NCBI GenBank assembly: GCA_035495775.1
Contig: DATJFG010000050.1
Coordinates: 9,573-73,572, forward strand
Reading direction: 5' to 3'
DNA length: 64,000 nucleotides
DNA from: Verrucomicrobiia bacterium
Lineage (GTDB): Bacteria > Desulfobacterota > Binatia > UBA9968
Position numbers and translations under genes: made by a program. The notes beneath the pieces were generated by a model. It was not told the DNA's origin. It ran no database searches and worked only from the letters and a program-made list of their open reading frames with translations. This document shows, piece after piece, positions 61,868 to 64,000 of the stretch (positions are counted from its first letter, which is position 1; each line of letters opens with the position of its first letter).

Positions 61868-63465
61868 AGAAAAACGGCTTCACGAAAGACGTTCTGATTT
61901 ACGATACGACGCTGCGCGACGGCTGCCAGGCGGAGGACATCTCGTTCACGCTCGAAGACAAGCTGAGAATCGCCGCCAAGCTCGACGAGATCGGAATCGA
62001 CTACATCGAGGGCGGCTTTCCCGGGTCCAACCCGCGCGACGCCGAGTTCTTCAGAGCCGTCGGCAAGCTCAAGCTGAAGCACGCCAAGATCGCCGCGTTC
62101 GGCATGACGCGAAAACCCTCCGCCAAGCCGGCGCAGGACCTGAGTCTCAAGACGGTCATCGACGCCGACGCGCCGGTGATCACGCTCGTCGGCAAGACCT
62201 GGGATTTGCACGTCCGCGAGGACCTGAGAATCAGTCTCGAGGCGAATCTCGAGGTCATTGCCGATTCGATCGCGTACATGAAAAAACACGCCGAGGAAGT
62301 CATCTTCGACGCCGAACATTTCTTCGACGGTTATCGCTCGAATCCAAAGCACGCGGTGGATTGTTTGAAGGCGGCGCAAGAAGGCGGCGCGGATTGGATC
62401 GTGCTGTGCGATACGAACGGCGGCAGGCTGCCGAGCGAAATCCGCGCGGCGATCGCCGCGCTCAAAGGCGTGATCACGACGCCGCTCGGCATTCATTGCC
62501 ATAACGACGGCGAACTCGCGGTCGCCAATACGTTGACCGCCGTCGAAATGGGCGTGCGCCAGGTGCAGGGCACGATCAACGGCATCGGCGAGCGCTGCGG
62601 CAACTTGAACCTCTGCTCGATCATTCCCGATCTCGAGCTCAAAATGGGCAAGCGCTGCATCGAGCCGGAGCATCTCAAGAAGCTCCGCGAGACGTCGCAT
62701 TTTTTGTGCGAGCTCGCCAACCTGAGCCCGAACAAGCACCAGCCGTACGTGGGCGACAGCGCGTTCGCGCACAAGGGGGGGATGCACGTCGCGGGGATTC
62801 TCAAGAATCGGGAGACCTACGAGCATATCGATCCCGAGCTCGTCGGCAACCGCCAGCGCGTGCTGGTGTCCGATTTGGCCGGCCGGAGCAACATCATCTA
62901 CAAGGCGAAGGAGTACGGCGTCGATCTCGAAGACCAGCACGACGCCGTCAAGGAGATCTTAAAACGAATCAAAGACCTCGAAAGCCAAGGGTATGAGTTC
63001 GAGGCGGCCGAGGCGTCGTTCGAGCTCCTGATTCAGGAGGCTCTCGGGAGAAAGAAAAAGAATTTTCACCTGCTCGGTTTCCGCGTCATCGACGAGAAGC
63101 GCAAAGAGGACGAGCCGCCGATCTCCGAGGCGACGATCATGCTCGCCGTGGACGGCGTCATCGAGCACGCCGCCGCGATGGGCAACGGCCCTGTCAACGC
63201 GCTCGATTCCGCGCTGCGCAAAGCGCTGACGAAGTTCTATCCGGCGCTCAAAGAAATGAAGCTTTTAGACTATAAGGTCCGCGTGCTTTCGTCAGGCGAA
63301 GGCACCGGCGCGACGGTGCGGGTGTTGATCGAGTCGGGCGATGAGAACGATCGCTGGGGCACGGTGGGCGTGTCGCAGAACGTCATCGAGGCGAGCTGGC
63401 AGGCGGTCGTCGACGGGATCGATTACAAGCTGTATAAGGATACAAAAGTCAGGAGTGAGCAGTGA
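61864..63465 (+). CDS. cimA: (R)-citramalate synthase (LeuA/CimA family with LeuA-dimer C-terminal domain)
   Basis: 533 aa with N-terminal [13 protein letters not shown] and HxH motif HCHND. Length and C-terminal domain fit CimA better than LeuA. ATGA overlap with lysC. Confidence 0.8.
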   Translation: MKKNGFTKDVLIYDTTLRDGCQAEDISFTLEDKLRIAAKLDEIGIDYIEGGFPGSNPRDAEFFRAVGKLKLKHAKIAAFGMTRKPSAKPAQDLSLKTVIDADAPVITLVGKTWDLHVREDLRISLEANLEVIADSIAYMKKHAEEVIFDAEHFFDGYRSNPKHAVDCLKAAQEGGADWIVLCDTNGGRLPSEIRAAIAALKGVITTPLGIHCHNDGELAVANTLTAVEMGVRQVQGTINGIGERCGNLNLCSIIPDLELKMGKRCIEPEHLKKLRETSHFLCELANLSPNKHQPYVGDSAFAHKGGMHVAGILKNRETYEHIDPELVGNRQRVLVSDLAGRSNIIYKAKEYGVDLEDQHDAVKEILKRIKDLESQGYEFEAAEASFELLIQEALGRKKKNFHLLGFRVIDEKRKEDEPPISEATIMLAVDGVIEHAAAMGNGPVNALDSALRKALTKFYPALKEMKLLDYKVRVLSSGEGTGATVRVLIESGDENDRWGTVGVSQNVIEASWQAVVDGIDYKLYKDTKVRSEQ

Positions 63466-63509
63466 GGGGTGAGGAGTGAAACCCCCATTGCCTCCTGCTC
63501 ACTCCTCAC
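63451..63509 (+). terminator. Pair of mutually exclusive GC-rich stem-loops spanning the cimA stop codon
   Basis: AGGAGTGAGCAG (63451-63462) pairs with CTGCTCACTCCT (63495-63506). Alternatively GTGAGGAGTGA (63469-63479) pairs with TCACTCCTCAC (63499-63509). No U-tract follows. Confidence 0.35.
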
Positions 63510-63521
63510 TGACTCACTTCC

Positions 63522-64000
63522 ATGTGGCAGACGCTTAGAGAAGACATTCAGGTCGTGTTTCAGCGCGACCCGGCGGCGCGGAGCTTCTGGGAGGTGATTT
63601 TAACCTACCCGGGATTTCACGCGCTGTTTTTCTATCGCATGTCGCACGCGCTGTGGACGAGCGGCCTCAAGGCGCTCGGCCGGCTGGTGAGCAATCTCGG
63701 GCGATTTTACACTGGTATAGAAATCCATCCCGGCGCGAAGATCGGCCGGCGCTTCTTCATTGACCACGGCATGGGTGTCGTCATTGGTGAGACCGCCGAG
63801 GTCGGCGATGATGTGACGATCTATCAGGGAGTGACGCTCGGCGGGACGAGCCGGAGCAAGGAAAAACGCCACCCGACCGTCGAAGACGGCGTTCTGGTCG
63901 GCGTCGACGCGACGATCCTCGGGCCGGTGACGATCGGGCGCAACAGCAAGGTTGGCGCCGGCGCCGTCGTGGTGAACGACGTCCCGCCGAATTCGACCGT
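63522..64000 (+). CDS. cysE: Serine O-acetyltransferase, 3' end runs off window
   Basis: [45 protein letters not shown]...[45 protein letters not shown] are SATase N-terminal plus hexapeptide motifs. Not in the ORF track because it leaves the window. Confidence 0.85.
   Translation, partial: MWQTLREDIQVVFQRDPAARSFWEVILTYPGFHALFFYRMSHALWTSGLKALGRLVSNLGRFYTGIEIHPGAKIGRRFFIDHGMGVVIGETAEVGDDVTIYQGVTLGGTSRSKEKRHPTVEDGVLVGVDATILGPVTIGRNSKVGAGAVVVNDVPPNST

Overview
This is a high-GC bacterial chromosomal segment, roughly 60-65% GC by eye (not computed). It is almost fully coding and most genes have clear homologies. The organism is probably a diderm: it carries an Mla lipid-asymmetry operon, also has a diadenylate cyclase (c-di-AMP) operon and purS, and has many NMT1/SsuA-type binding proteins. 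That combination is typical of uncultured Deltaproteobacteria- or Rokubacteria-like lineages, but this lineage guess is inference only.

Gene order:
- Left end, all on the minus strand: GATase1 (partial), PqaA-like secreted protein, DUF1232, gamma-carbonic anhydrase, lhgO, Zn-ADH, then mlaC, mlaD, mlaF, mlaE.
- Core housekeeping block on the plus strand: a TrmN6-like methyltransferase, a DUF721 (DciA-like) gene on the minus strand, class II B12-dependent ribonucleotide reductase nrdJ, rpsO-pnp-M16 peptidase-dut, and purB-purS-purQ-purL-purF.
- Accessory-looking catabolic island, about 24.2-43.0 kb: an ATP-dependent hydantoinase/oxoprolinase-family operon (hyuA, two hyuB paralogs and an embedded cytoplasmic NMT1/THI5-like protein), a NUDIX hydrolase plus a small membrane protein on a low-GC islet, further NMT1-like proteins, an amidohydrolase-2, an N-acyl-D-amino-acid deacylase, an Asp/Glu/hydantoin-type racemase, an Fe3+-type binding protein plus an orphan ABC ATPase, a Gfo/Idh/MocA oxidoreductase, a standalone C39-like cysteine peptidase, an aldehyde dehydrogenase and an ornithine cyclodeaminase.
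- Right end: SH3b membrane protein, secreted methyltransferase-like protein, PEBP, MFS transporter, NMT1 binding protein-SDR-rhodanese operon, AttH/CrtC-like protein, tilS, ftsH, folP-cdaA-cdaR-glmM, pdxJ, nnr, tsaE, lysC, cimA and the start of cysE.

No rRNA, tRNA, CRISPR array or obvious mobile element was seen.

Most notable observations:
- Two hyuB paralogs share a near-identical ~395-bp 5' segment, which looks like a gene-conversion tract.
- A cytoplasmic THI5/NMT1-fold protein is translationally coupled inside the hydantoinase operon.
- A standalone C39 peptidase has no transporter or precursor nearby.
- A small HNH-like ORF with the catalytic His replaced sits just downstream of nrdJ.
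- A perfect 31-bp A/T palindrome lies in the nrdJ upstream region.
- Two mutually exclusive stem-loops overlap the cimA stop codon upstream of cysE.
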